Of a stretch of 64,000 nucleotides of DNA, positions 1 through 10,326 are shown piece after piece. This DNA comes from Bacteroidia bacterium (lineage in GTDB: Bacteria > Bacteroidota > Bacteroidia > UKL13-3), in the NCBI GenBank assembly GCA_019695215.1, contig JAIBAK010000007.1, positions 1,149 to 65,148 on the forward strand. Reading direction: 5' to 3'. A model generated the notes under the pieces. It did no database searches. It was not told the DNA's origin and saw only the letters and a list, made by a program, of their open reading frames with translations. Position numbers and translations under genes: made by a program. Position 1 is the stretch's first letter; each line of letters starts with the position of its first letter.

Positions 1-2
1 GA

Positions 3-2676
<2,674 letters not shown>

Positions 2677-2691
2677 AATAAACTATAGCAC

Positions 2692-2726
2692 AAAAAAGCC
2701 CGGTGAGATTCATCGGGCTTTTTTAA
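2692..2726. terminator. Bidirectional rho-independent terminator shared by eno (+) and the convergent minus-strand operon
   Basis: AAAAAAGCCCGGTGA-GAT-TCATCGGGCTTTTTT has a 9-bp stem with an A6 run before it and a T6 run after it. It overlaps the stop codon of the minus-strand gene ending at 2723. Confidence 0.75.
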
Positions 2727-3406
2727 TCCTTTATTGGGATTAAACGGATATTGTCTATATCAATAAGAATAAAGCTTTTCACGGTCCCTTTCATCTTCTT
2801 AAATGTAATAATATCACCGTTAGGAATACCGCCAATATATATGAAATCTTGCCGTTCGTTAAGGAAAAATGTGATTGTATCTGTAAGTGTCACCCATTTT
2901 CTTTTTGGGAAAAAAGAGCTGTCGGGCGTATAAAGTGGATGATGAGTGCCACATGAGTTTTCCTTCCCAAATTCATTTGGATTTTTTAACAATCCATAAT
3001 TCAGTAGCCGATAGTTTAATTTATTGGTAGCGTACTTTGAATCCTCAGAAGTTCGCACATCTATTTTCAAAACAAAACGCCTTGGCCCAGAATTCCCCCA
3101 ATTTGTATCCAGAGGAAGTACTATATCCCCTTTTAAGTTTGCATCAGCATGTTTGTATAAACTGTTTACATGCCATAAATAGATAACCGAATAAACTTCC
3201 CCGTCCGAAGCTGTATCAGATACTGGTTTACCTTTACTTTCTTTGACAAAACCAGCAGGCCCGTTTATATAATAAATGGGCCCATTAACAGAATACATCT
3301 CCGCATTTTCCACGTAAGTTTCAAAGCTCCCATTCTTCACAATATTCTGCGATGTTACACTAAGACTGATCATGCAACAAAGAAAAACTGCTAAGGTTTT
3401 TACCAT
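2723..3406 (-). CDS. Hypothetical secreted protein with an N-terminal signal peptide. It is the last gene of cassette 1 and a candidate immunity protein for the upstream effector-like gene.
   Basis: MVKTLAVFLCCMISLSVTSQ is a signal peptide. Its start overlaps the end of the upstream gene by 7 nt. No recognisable catalytic motif. Confidence 0.55.
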   Translation of the reverse strand: MVKTLAVFLCCMISLSVTSQNIVKNGSFETYVENAEMYSVNGPIYYINGPAGFVKESKGKPVSDTASDGEVYSVIYLWHVNSLYKHADANLKGDIVLPLDTNWGNSGPRRFVLKIDVRTSEDSKYATNKLNYRLLNYGLLKNPNEFGKENSCGTHHPLYTPDSSFFPKRKWVTLTDTITFFLNERQDFIYIGGIPNGDIITFKKMKGTVKSFILIDIDNIRLIPIKD

Positions 3407-3969
3407 CTTGTATTAGTAATTATTCTACCAATTTGTTTAAATCTAGTGTTAGAAGTGCCACTACAAAAAATCTGAATCTCCACCTTTGATACATTATCAA
3501 CAATAAACTCATTACTCTGTTCAACCTCAGATTGTGTAATATTAGTAATTGTAAAGCCCCCTGCCCATCCGCTTCTTGGTTTCTGTGTTATTATACCACG
3601 AGAAAACTGTGATCTAACATTATCAGCCCGATTCTGTGATAAATTAACTCGCCTTAATAAATCTGCTAGCCCTTCCGGTGTTTCATAATCAATAGTTGCA
3701 GAAAGAACCATTTTACTCGTTATATAAACAGCATCTTCACTAAGGATAAGGGAATTGAGCGTGTTCAGACCTGCCAGTTGAGTCTCATTAAGAATAGCAC
3801 TCCAATTTGGAAAATTTATAGACGCTATTGGCAAGGGGTCAAGGGGTCTTGTCAAAAAATTTCCATCCCTATTTTCTGGTGCTATCCCAAAATCAGCCTT
3901 AAAGCTAGAGAGCCAATCTTCTGATAACCTTCCCCCTTTTGCCCACGGATTTTTAAATTCGAATGCCAT
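3400..3969 (-). CDS. Effector-like protein E1. It has the conserved N-terminus MAFEFKNPWAKGG shared with E2 and E3, followed by a unique C-terminal region of unknown function.
   Basis: Its N-terminal 12 aa and the junction with the upstream gene (stop, 2 nt, ATG) are conserved with the genes at 8268-8831 and 9797-10324. No signal peptide. Confidence 0.6.
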   Translation of the reverse strand: MAFEFKNPWAKGGRLSEDWLSSFKADFGIAPENRDGNFLTRPLDPLPIASINFPNWSAILNETQLAGLNTLNSLILSEDAVYITSKMVLSATIDYETPEGLADLLRRVNLSQNRADNVRSQFSRGIITQKPRSGWAGGFTITNITQSEVEQSNEFIVDNVSKVEIQIFCSGTSNTRFKQIGRIITNTRW

Positions 3970-3971
3970 AA

Positions 3972-5654
3972 CTATGCGGGATTTGAGGTTGGATTACAAT
4001 TACACCCGCTTTGAGGCACATCGCAACAATCAGTGAATACCTTTTTGTATAAGGTGGCCTTTTCAGTTGCATCGGTAAGCCCTTCTATTATATCAATAGC
4101 TTGTTGTTTAGCTACGTTTTCAAGATTAGCCTGCACAACAGCTGCATCCTGTAACTTGAGGTTGAAGCAATCCAAAGCCTCGCCCTGTCCCAGCAAAGCA
4201 TCAACAATTACTGAGTCAGTAGGTAACACGCGGCTTTCTACACTTTTTATTATACCATTAACTGTAATCCCCTCAGCCGTCATAGAAAGTCCTGTGTTTT
4301 TACGGAAGTAATCTTCAGTAAATTTCACACTACCTGTAGCGGAATCGTAAACATTCTCCGTTCTTTTTTCATAAAAGGTTTGCCTGGTTCCGGTGTAATC
4401 ATATACACTGTAATATTGGTCAACTATATCCTTAAAAACGTTGTCGGCATCTGTGGTGTTATTGAAAATACTTTTAAGTAAGGCTAATAATCCATCAACT
4501 TTAACTACTTGTTTAGTTTCTTCATACCCATTGGTATAAACAAATGAAACATCATCCAGATAAGTTATTGTAATGAGTTCCTGATTGAGTTGACGAAAAA
4601 CAAAATTGAGTACCCGACTTTTGTTTATATTTTCCAATATCCTAACAATACTGGTTTCGGTAGAGGTGGTTTCTGAGGTAGAGGTCTCTGTATTGATATC
4701 AAGTTTTCGGGATACCACTGATTTCTGAACCTGCTTTGATATTGCATTTGCCAATAATTTAATGTTCTCAGCTCGCAGCCCATTCATTGTAACTCCATTG
4801 GAGGAGCTACTCGAAAAGGAAGCTGCTCCTTTGCCACCGAACAATGGTATATTTAAGCCTGAACCGCTCTGTGAAGCCATATTATATCCCCCTGACTCTG
4901 TATGACTTTGAAGGCTGTCAATCTGAAGCATCTTTTCAAGCTCCTGGGTACTATCATTTGTTAAAGAATCAATAACATTCTGATAGTCTTTTTTGCTTTG
5001 GGTTGTTTGCTTATAACTCTTAATACTGATGGTGGTTTTCTCGCCCGGCAGCAATGTAAAAGTCTTAACAGTTTCTCCCGCACCGTAATCTCCAAGGTAA
5101 GTATTTACTCGATAATGCTCTATTACTGTAAGTCTTGGAACTGCACTAGCTGGTTGTTGCCTGAATTCAATTTTTTGATTGCCCATAATATCCACAACTG
5201 TTACAGGCATTCCATAAAGAGATTGAACTGCAATGCTACTTACAGCTTGTCCGGCAATAGTATAATCAGCAACCGGACTTGAAGTAGGGGCTGATTCAAA
5301 ACCCACCAAACTTGCAAGTGAATACTGTGGCGCAGCACTTACTGTTGGAGTTTCCTCTTCTGAATTTACATTTACAATATTGGGTGTGCCTACAGCTATA
5401 AAGTTATTTGCCATACGCGCGGTAATAGTTGAAGCATCCAGTCCGGCAACTATATCATAGTAGTTACCGCTAGGGGGCGAATCAAAACCTGCACCAGTTT
5501 TAAAATAGCTGCTGTTCACATCTAAGGGAATGTAAGCATTGGCAACAAACCCATTTGTTTGCGGAATGTTGTAATCAAGTTTGGGTGTTGAACCTGTTCC
5601 CCAATCGGTCATTGGATCTTTGTTGATGCAGCTTGATGGTGTTGTTTCTGGCAT
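3972..5654 (-). CDS. Hypothetical 560-aa protein. No signal peptide, Ser/Thr-rich, with a Cys-rich C-terminus ...LYKKVFTDCCDVPQSGCNCNPTSNPA.
   Basis: Long ORF with coding-like composition. Its last ~33 codons are duplicated in the 51-aa fusion ORFs at 8834-8989 and 10327-10482. Confidence 0.6.
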   Translation of the reverse strand: MPETTPSSCINKDPMTDWGTGSTPKLDYNIPQTNGFVANAYIPLDVNSSYFKTGAGFDSPPSGNYYDIVAGLDASTITARMANNFIAVGTPNIVNVNSEEETPTVSAAPQYSLASLVGFESAPTSSPVADYTIAGQAVSSIAVQSLYGMPVTVVDIMGNQKIEFRQQPASAVPRLTVIEHYRVNTYLGDYGAGETVKTFTLLPGEKTTISIKSYKQTTQSKKDYQNVIDSLTNDSTQELEKMLQIDSLQSHTESGGYNMASQSGSGLNIPLFGGKGAASFSSSSSNGVTMNGLRAENIKLLANAISKQVQKSVVSRKLDINTETSTSETTSTETSIVRILENINKSRVLNFVFRQLNQELITITYLDDVSFVYTNGYEETKQVVKVDGLLALLKSIFNNTTDADNVFKDIVDQYYSVYDYTGTRQTFYEKRTENVYDSATGSVKFTEDYFRKNTGLSMTAEGITVNGIIKSVESRVLPTDSVIVDALLGQGEALDCFNLKLQDAAVVQANLENVAKQQAIDIIEGLTDATEKATLYKKVFTDCCDVPQSGCNCNPTSNPA

Positions 5655-5692
5655 GATAAGTTGGTTTTAAATTAGTAATTAAGAATAGATAA

Positions 5693-6682
5693 TTATGAAC
5701 TATAGTTATGAATAACTTTATGATTAAACACATAGCCGTTGCGAGTGGTAACGGTTACGTAATACAATCCGGAGCTTGAAATAAAAGGGAGTGCCAGCAT
5801 ATTTCTATTATCAATATGGGAAGATTGAACAACCCGTCCCATTAAATCTGTGATAACTATTTCAGTAATTGCATCCTGTTCACACAAATATTTTATTTCA
5901 AGATTCTCCATTACCGGGTTAATAATTTCAGGTATGACAGAACTTATTGGTGAAGAAACTCCTGTCGGGTTAGCTTTACCTGCCAAAATATTTATCTCCG
6001 CCTGTGTTAATATCCTGCTATAAAATCTGGCTTCGTCAAGTTTACCGTCATACCAATGCCCCATATTTGTATTAGTTAAACTCTGTGGTGTCGCATCGGG
6101 CACTTTCCCCGCGAACGAAACAGTCTTCACTTTTGCAGCGTCTATATACAAATCAATTACGGAAGTACTTCTGTTCACGTTTATTGATAGATGATGCCAC
6201 TGATTATCTAAAAGGGCTGTATTGGTATAGAGCAATTCCGCCTGGTCCGACAGAAAACTTGCTCTAATAATAAAATCAAATTGCCCCTTTACAAACTCAT
6301 TTGCAATTAAACTGACTCCCCTGTCATAAGGAGCATCAGTAGCATATAAAAAATCAATTTCATTTTGGTCATTTGTCATAAACCAGAATGAAATATTAAA
6401 ACTTGTAGAAGTACCAAAGGAGAGTGCTCCGTTAGAAACATTCATTTTTATTGCTGCATCTGATGAAAACAGCAATGCCTGATTTAGGTTGCTTTTTCTA
6501 TCGTAGGTGAAGTTAACTGTCCCCCCGCTGGCTAAAAATTTTGTAACCGTTGCCCCATTACCGGAAGCATCAGAAAGACTATTTGTAAACGGCAAATACA
6601 TAACGAGGCCCTGAGTGAGATCCTGACAGAAAGCATATCCTGAAATTGTCATTAAGATGATGACCAAATAAACTCTTTTCAT
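5693..6682 (-). CDS. Secreted LamG / concanavalin-A-like lectin domain protein with a C-terminal sorting domain for type IX secretion (T9SS)
   Basis: Signal peptide MKRVYLVIILMTISGYAFCQ. The LamG-like core includes DNQWHHLSINVNRSTSVIDLYIDAAKVKTV and GKLDEARFYSRILTQAEI. The C-terminal ~70 aa (...GLYYVTVTTRNGYVFNHKVIHN) match the T9SS CTD pattern. Confidence 0.7.
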   Translation of the reverse strand: MKRVYLVIILMTISGYAFCQDLTQGLVMYLPFTNSLSDASGNGATVTKFLASGGTVNFTYDRKSNLNQALLFSSDAAIKMNVSNGALSFGTSTSFNISFWFMTNDQNEIDFLYATDAPYDRGVSLIANEFVKGQFDFIIRASFLSDQAELLYTNTALLDNQWHHLSINVNRSTSVIDLYIDAAKVKTVSFAGKVPDATPQSLTNTNMGHWYDGKLDEARFYSRILTQAEINILAGKANPTGVSSPISSVIPEIINPVMENLEIKYLCEQDAITEIVITDLMGRVVQSSHIDNRNMLALPFISSSGLYYVTVTTRNGYVFNHKVIHNYSS

Positions 6683-6783
6683 AAGTACAAACAGTTAATA
6701 TTTTACCCAAAGTTGAAAATAATATTTCACATATGCAACTTTTTTCTCAAAAATTGTTAACTAAGATATACGGCCATTACGAT
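6626..6783 (-). promoter_or_regulatory. Conserved upstream block, copy 1. It covers the putative promoter/operator, the 5'UTR and the first ~19 codons. The 18-nt core AAAATYGTYAACTAAGAT lies at 6749-6767 (plus strand).
   Basis: Near-identical to 8933-9090 and 10426-10563. The core motif recurs at 11148-11165. Each copy sits 62-85 nt upstream of a minus-strand ATG. Confidence 0.55.
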
Positions 6784-6848
6784 AAATCCATCCTGCACAT
6801 GGTGGGGCTATGAGTTTAGGTCAATAACAAAACGGCCAGGCTTTACTA

Positions 6849-7520
6849 CTACTCCTTCCATGCTTGCTGAACTTCCTTCAACGCTAATTCCATTAACAAA
6901 AAAATTCGGTTAACAGTCCCCCTTAATTTTTGCAGTTCATCAGGCAGCTCTTTTACGGGATGTGGTCCATCAAAATAAAAATACCAAAAACTTTTTATCT
7001 CCTTATCACTACGCTTAGCTAATAATTCCAGGAAAACACTAGTATCAGATTTTAATTTCTCCTGCATTGCGTGCTGAAAATAACCCACACCATCAGCATA
7101 CCACCTGCCATTGATACTTATATCAATCATTCGGTTGTAATATTGATTTTTGGGTATTACAGTTAATTTAAAAAATGCTTCTACATATAAATAAGCTTTG
7201 TTATATAAGGGGCTGTTGAAATCAGAAACCGGCTCTCCTAAAGGGTCTTTGTCTGAGTATCCAAATAAATGGTTGAACAAGTTAAACGTATTTGGAAAAG
7301 CAGCAAAATATTCTTGTTGATACTTAATTGTATATGGTGAGGAAGATACTTTTTGATATGCCCTTTTTAATTGCTCCGCTTTTTTTATTCCGTTTAACTG
7401 AGTATCCGCAACATTTGCATTTGCAATATTTCGGCAAGTTATATTCGCTGTACAACTTGAAAACAATTGACTAAACAATACTATAATAAATAATTTCATA
7501 TCATCGAATGGGTAGGTCAA
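6849..7520 (-). CDS. Hypothetical lipoprotein or secreted protein and candidate immunity protein. The real start is probably the internal Met at 7499 (MKLFIIVLFSQLFSSCTA).
   Basis: Signal peptide with a lipobox-like SSC. It lies between effector-like gene E2 and the upstream block of cassette 1. Confidence 0.5.
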   Translation of the reverse strand: MTYPFDDMKLFIIVLFSQLFSSCTANITCRNIANANVADTQLNGIKKAEQLKRAYQKVSSSPYTIKYQQEYFAAFPNTFNLFNHLFGYSDKDPLGEPVSDFNSPLYNKAYLYVEAFFKLTVIPKNQYYNRMIDISINGRWYADGVGYFQHAMQEKLKSDTSVFLELLAKRSDKEIKSFWYFYFDGPHPVKELPDELQKLRGTVNRIFLLMELALKEVQQAWKE

Positions 7521-7557
7521 AAATGGTCATCGTTGGAACGAGTTAAGATATTTCTAC

Positions 7558-8256
7558 CTATTGAGGTTCTACTTTGAACCACCATTTAGATTTAGGATGC
7601 CCGCTTGTAATCTTAAAAACTAATTTGCTTACTCCCTTCAAAGGTATAGTTACAGTTTGTATACTGTTAGTATTAGTCATTTCTGTTTTATAAAGTTGTA
7701 ACCCATTTTTATCTTCTACTATCAGCTGGTCTGATTCATTGTAAAAATGATAACTCAACCTTATCGCTGTTACTTTGCCAGTGAGTTGCAGTTCTTTTAC
7801 GCTGTTTCCTTCGCCAAGATAGGAATCCTCTTTATTAGCATCTGGAATTCTTTCATACTTTTCAACGATACACTCTCCATAATTAAAACAGATTTTTAGT
7901 AATTTACCTGTACCTCCTTTTATATACAGGGTAAGTTCCGCACTGGAATCGTGAAAGGTGACGTTCGTAGTAAACTTCCTGTTCTTTAAGGTTATTTTTT
8001 TATCCTTGGGATCATATATCCAATTCCCTTGCTCTATTGTTGGAATTTGGGTAGTAACACTGTAACAATCATTAAGAATTTGGTAATTGCCATCAGGATT
8101 AAATACTAACATATCAGGACACTCAACTGCTTGCTTTTTACTATTCTCAACACCCTTATATTGCCATCTACCGATTATTTTATGAGAAGCATTTTGAGCA
8201 TAGGCAATACCGCTTATCAACAATGCAATCAGAATAAAATTTACACCTGTTTTCAT
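7558..8256 (-). CDS. Hypothetical secreted protein with a signal peptide. It lies immediately downstream of the M23 effector and is a candidate immunity protein.
   Basis: MKTGVNFILIALLISGIAYAQ is a signal peptide. It is co-oriented with E2 at an 11-nt spacing. Confidence 0.55.
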   Translation of the reverse strand: MKTGVNFILIALLISGIAYAQNASHKIIGRWQYKGVENSKKQAVECPDMLVFNPDGNYQILNDCYSVTTQIPTIEQGNWIYDPKDKKITLKNRKFTTNVTFHDSSAELTLYIKGGTGKLLKICFNYGECIVEKYERIPDANKEDSYLGEGNSVKELQLTGKVTAIRLSYHFYNESDQLIVEDKNGLQLYKTEMTNTNSIQTVTIPLKGVSKLVFKITSGHPKSKWWFKVEPQ

Positions 8257-8267
8257 ACTTATATCGA

Positions 8268-8831
8268 TTAGGGTCCAAAGAAATATGGTGTTGGGTCAAC
8301 CCATTTGCCTCCTATCATTACCTGAACATGAATATGTGGTGTTATATCCTTGGGATAACCCAAATCTCCTAAATTAGCGGCCGTTCCTATTAATGTTTTT
8401 CCCCCAATTACAGTGTATGGACTCCATGCATTGATTTCACTAGGAATATTTACATATAAAATTCTCACTTTCTCAATCTCAATTGCAGAATCTGAAGGTG
8501 TAATATCTATCATTGGTTTTCCAGATGATGAGCCAATATAATTTACCGCTTTCCCAGTTACTGGAGATACTAAATCTTGCCCAACTATGGTTAAAATATC
8601 TATACCCATATGTTTACGGGCACCTCCGCTACGAGGAGCACCAAAGTGACCATTCCCATATGCATCCTGCCCCCTCAAAGCACCTCCACTTGGGTTGAAT
8701 AATAAGCTTACATCCGTGATATTCCTTTTAATAGGTATAACTGCCCCCTCTAGTGCCGTACCATTTATTCCAAACCATTTATCAAACTCTCTGTTACCTT
8801 TTCCCCAAGGGTTTTTAAATTTCAATGCCAT
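8268..8831 (-). CDS. Effector-like protein E2. Conserved N-terminus MALKFKNPWGKGNREFDKWFGINGTALEG... fused to a C-terminal M23 (LytM/lysostaphin-type) metallopeptidase domain.
   Basis: H-x-x-x-D motif (RKHMGIDIL) and an HxH motif in TPHIHVQV, aligned with the M23 consensus GPHLHFEV, at the spacing typical of peptidase M23. N-terminal 36 aa almost identical to E3. No signal peptide. Confidence 0.7.
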   Translation of the reverse strand: MALKFKNPWGKGNREFDKWFGINGTALEGAVIPIKRNITDVSLLFNPSGGALRGQDAYGNGHFGAPRSGGARKHMGIDILTIVGQDLVSPVTGKAVNYIGSSSGKPMIDITPSDSAIEIEKVRILYVNIPSEINAWSPYTVIGGKTLIGTAANLGDLGYPKDITPHIHVQVMIGGKWVDPTPYFFGP

Positions 8832-8833
8832 AT

Positions 8834-8989
8834 TTATTCGGGATTTGAGGTTGGATTACAATTACACCAGCTTTGAGGAACATCGCAACAATAAGTAAAC
8901 CCCTTTTTGTATAAGGTGGTGGCATGATTAGTACAGAAAAGAGAACCCGAAATTGTAATTAAAAGCATGACCAAATAAATTCTTTTCAT
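8834..8989 (-). CDS. Unannotated 51-aa fusion ORF: MKRIYLVMLLITISGSLFCTNHATTLYKKGFTYCCDVPQSWCNCNPTSNPE. It joins the signal peptide of the LamG gene to the Cys-rich tail of the 560-aa gene.
   Basis: Read on the minus strand. ATG at 8989, TAA at 8834-8836, then AT, then the E2 ATG. Residues 1-19 match the LamG N-terminus and residues 24-51 match the 560-aa C-terminus. Its first 81 nt are identical to the ORF at 10327-10482. Confidence 0.6.
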   Translation of the reverse strand: MKRIYLVMLLITISGSLFCTNHATTLYKKGFTYCCDVPQSWCNCNPTSNPE

Positions 8990-9090
8990 AAGCACAAACA
9001 GTTAATATTCTATCCAAAGTTGAAAATAATATTTCACATAAGCAACTTTTTTATCAAAAATTGTCAACTAAGGTATACGGCCATTACGAT
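8933..9090 (-). promoter_or_regulatory. Conserved upstream block, copy 2, with the core motif at 9056-9074
   Basis: Aligned with copies 1 and 3. It sits upstream of the fusion ORF and E2. Confidence 0.55.
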
Positions 9091-9168
9091 CGAGAACTCC
9101 CCCGGCAATATATGTGGATGATATTTGTTTACATGCATTAATCTCGGATTATTCAAGCTTTGCTGCTA

Positions 9169-9768
9169 TTACCAAGTGTAATTTTTTATATCAAACCTTT
9201 CAAGAAAGGTTATTTTCCATCTTCCTTTTTCCTTTTTCGCTTTAACAAGGTAATCAAAATCGCCTCCCCATGTCCAATAATAGGTTGCAAAGTCATTATC
9301 CAATTTAATATTCTTAATCATTAATCTACTCCATATATCCGAAGGGTAATCCTGACAGTTACACCATTCGTCAGCATCATTTCCGTAAGGAGGTAATTCT
9401 CCTTTATAGTATTTAACCTGGTTATCATTTAGTTCTTTGTCTAGGTACAACGCAATTTTCATGTAGTTATCTATAAATTCCTGAGTAAAGAAATTTGTTT
9501 GGGATAATTCTTCCATTCTGGATTTCTGAACAAGCCAATCAATCCGCTCATAAATGCTGTCATTATCACTTGTAAGAGGGAAATCTCTATTGGTGTCAAC
9601 CTCATGCCACTTCAACAAATTCTTTGTTAAAGCCAAAAGTTCTAAACTATCAGTAGATAACTGTATATAGGCATGGCTATTTGTACCTGTGTCTTTCTGA
9701 GTATGTACACAACTAAAACTAATTACAAGTATTGAAACTGCTGATACCAGGCCATTAAATAATTTCAT
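9169..9768 (-). CDS. Hypothetical lipoprotein and candidate immunity protein for E3
   Basis: MKLFNGLVSAVSILVISFSCVHTQ is a signal peptide with a lipobox Cys. It lies directly downstream of E3. Confidence 0.55.
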   Translation of the reverse strand: MKLFNGLVSAVSILVISFSCVHTQKDTGTNSHAYIQLSTDSLELLALTKNLLKWHEVDTNRDFPLTSDNDSIYERIDWLVQKSRMEELSQTNFFTQEFIDNYMKIALYLDKELNDNQVKYYKGELPPYGNDADEWCNCQDYPSDIWSRLMIKNIKLDNDFATYYWTWGGDFDYLVKAKKEKGRWKITFLERFDIKNYTW

Positions 9769-9796
9769 ATTCTATTCCTCCTTAAAGGGTAAGTGT

Positions 9797-10324
9797 TCAT
9801 GAGTTATTGTCAGTCCAACGGAATATTGCGTACATAGAATTTCTATACCCACTTCCGGGAAATTCGTTTTTCTCCTTAAAATCACTTAACCATTGATTAC
9901 CGTTGTACATATCAATATGACCATACTGGCTACCCCCGGGATATGGTTGAAACACCCTTATATCTCCTTTAATAGGTGAATAATTTGTACTACTTAAAGT
10001 ATTGAATCCCCAGCCCTGCAAAAAAGGTCCATAATCTTTTGCGGATACTGGATGAGGGTTTGTATTTATACCGCCCGCTTCTAAAGCTAATCTGACATAT
10101 TTAGCACATGCGTGCTGAGAAACTACTTTAGCATTATTGTCTAACCAGTTTACAGCTTTGTCAATATTGAAACTCGATTGGAATCCACCCACATTAACAT
10201 TACCACCATCCGAAATATCTCTTTTAATAGGTATAACTGACCCCTCCAATGCCGTACCATTTATTCCAAACCATTTATCAAACTCTCTATTACCTTTTCC
10301 CCAAGGATTTTTAAAGGAAGCCAT
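9797..10324 (-). CDS. Effector-like protein E3. Conserved N-terminus MASFKNPWGKGNREFDKWFGINGTALEG... with a C-terminal putative CHAP/NlpC-P60-like Cys-His hydrolase domain.
   Basis: A candidate catalytic Cys (SQHACAKYV) and a candidate His (GDIRVFQ...GHIDMY) sit at the spacing seen in CHAP amidases. The domain call is tentative. Confidence 0.55.
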   Translation of the reverse strand: MASFKNPWGKGNREFDKWFGINGTALEGSVIPIKRDISDGGNVNVGGFQSSFNIDKAVNWLDNNAKVVSQHACAKYVRLALEAGGINTNPHPVSAKDYGPFLQGWGFNTLSSTNYSPIKGDIRVFQPYPGGSQYGHIDMYNGNQWLSDFKEKNEFPGSGYRNSMYAIFRWTDNNS

Positions 10325-10326
10325 AA

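Noticed and set aside
3969-3975. Possible programmed frameshift or readthrough fusing the 560-aa protein to E1 (stop, 2 nt, ATG conserved three times)
   Set aside because: No slippery heptamer or downstream structure is evident, and each effector gene has its own ATG. The conservation is more simply explained by duplication plus translational coupling.
8695-8898. Plus-strand 67-aa ORF (and the analogous one at 10137-10391)
   Set aside because: Antisense to the effector N-terminus and the 51-aa fusion ORF, which are read on the minus strand in three conserved copies. The plus-strand frames are artefacts of the conserved sequence.
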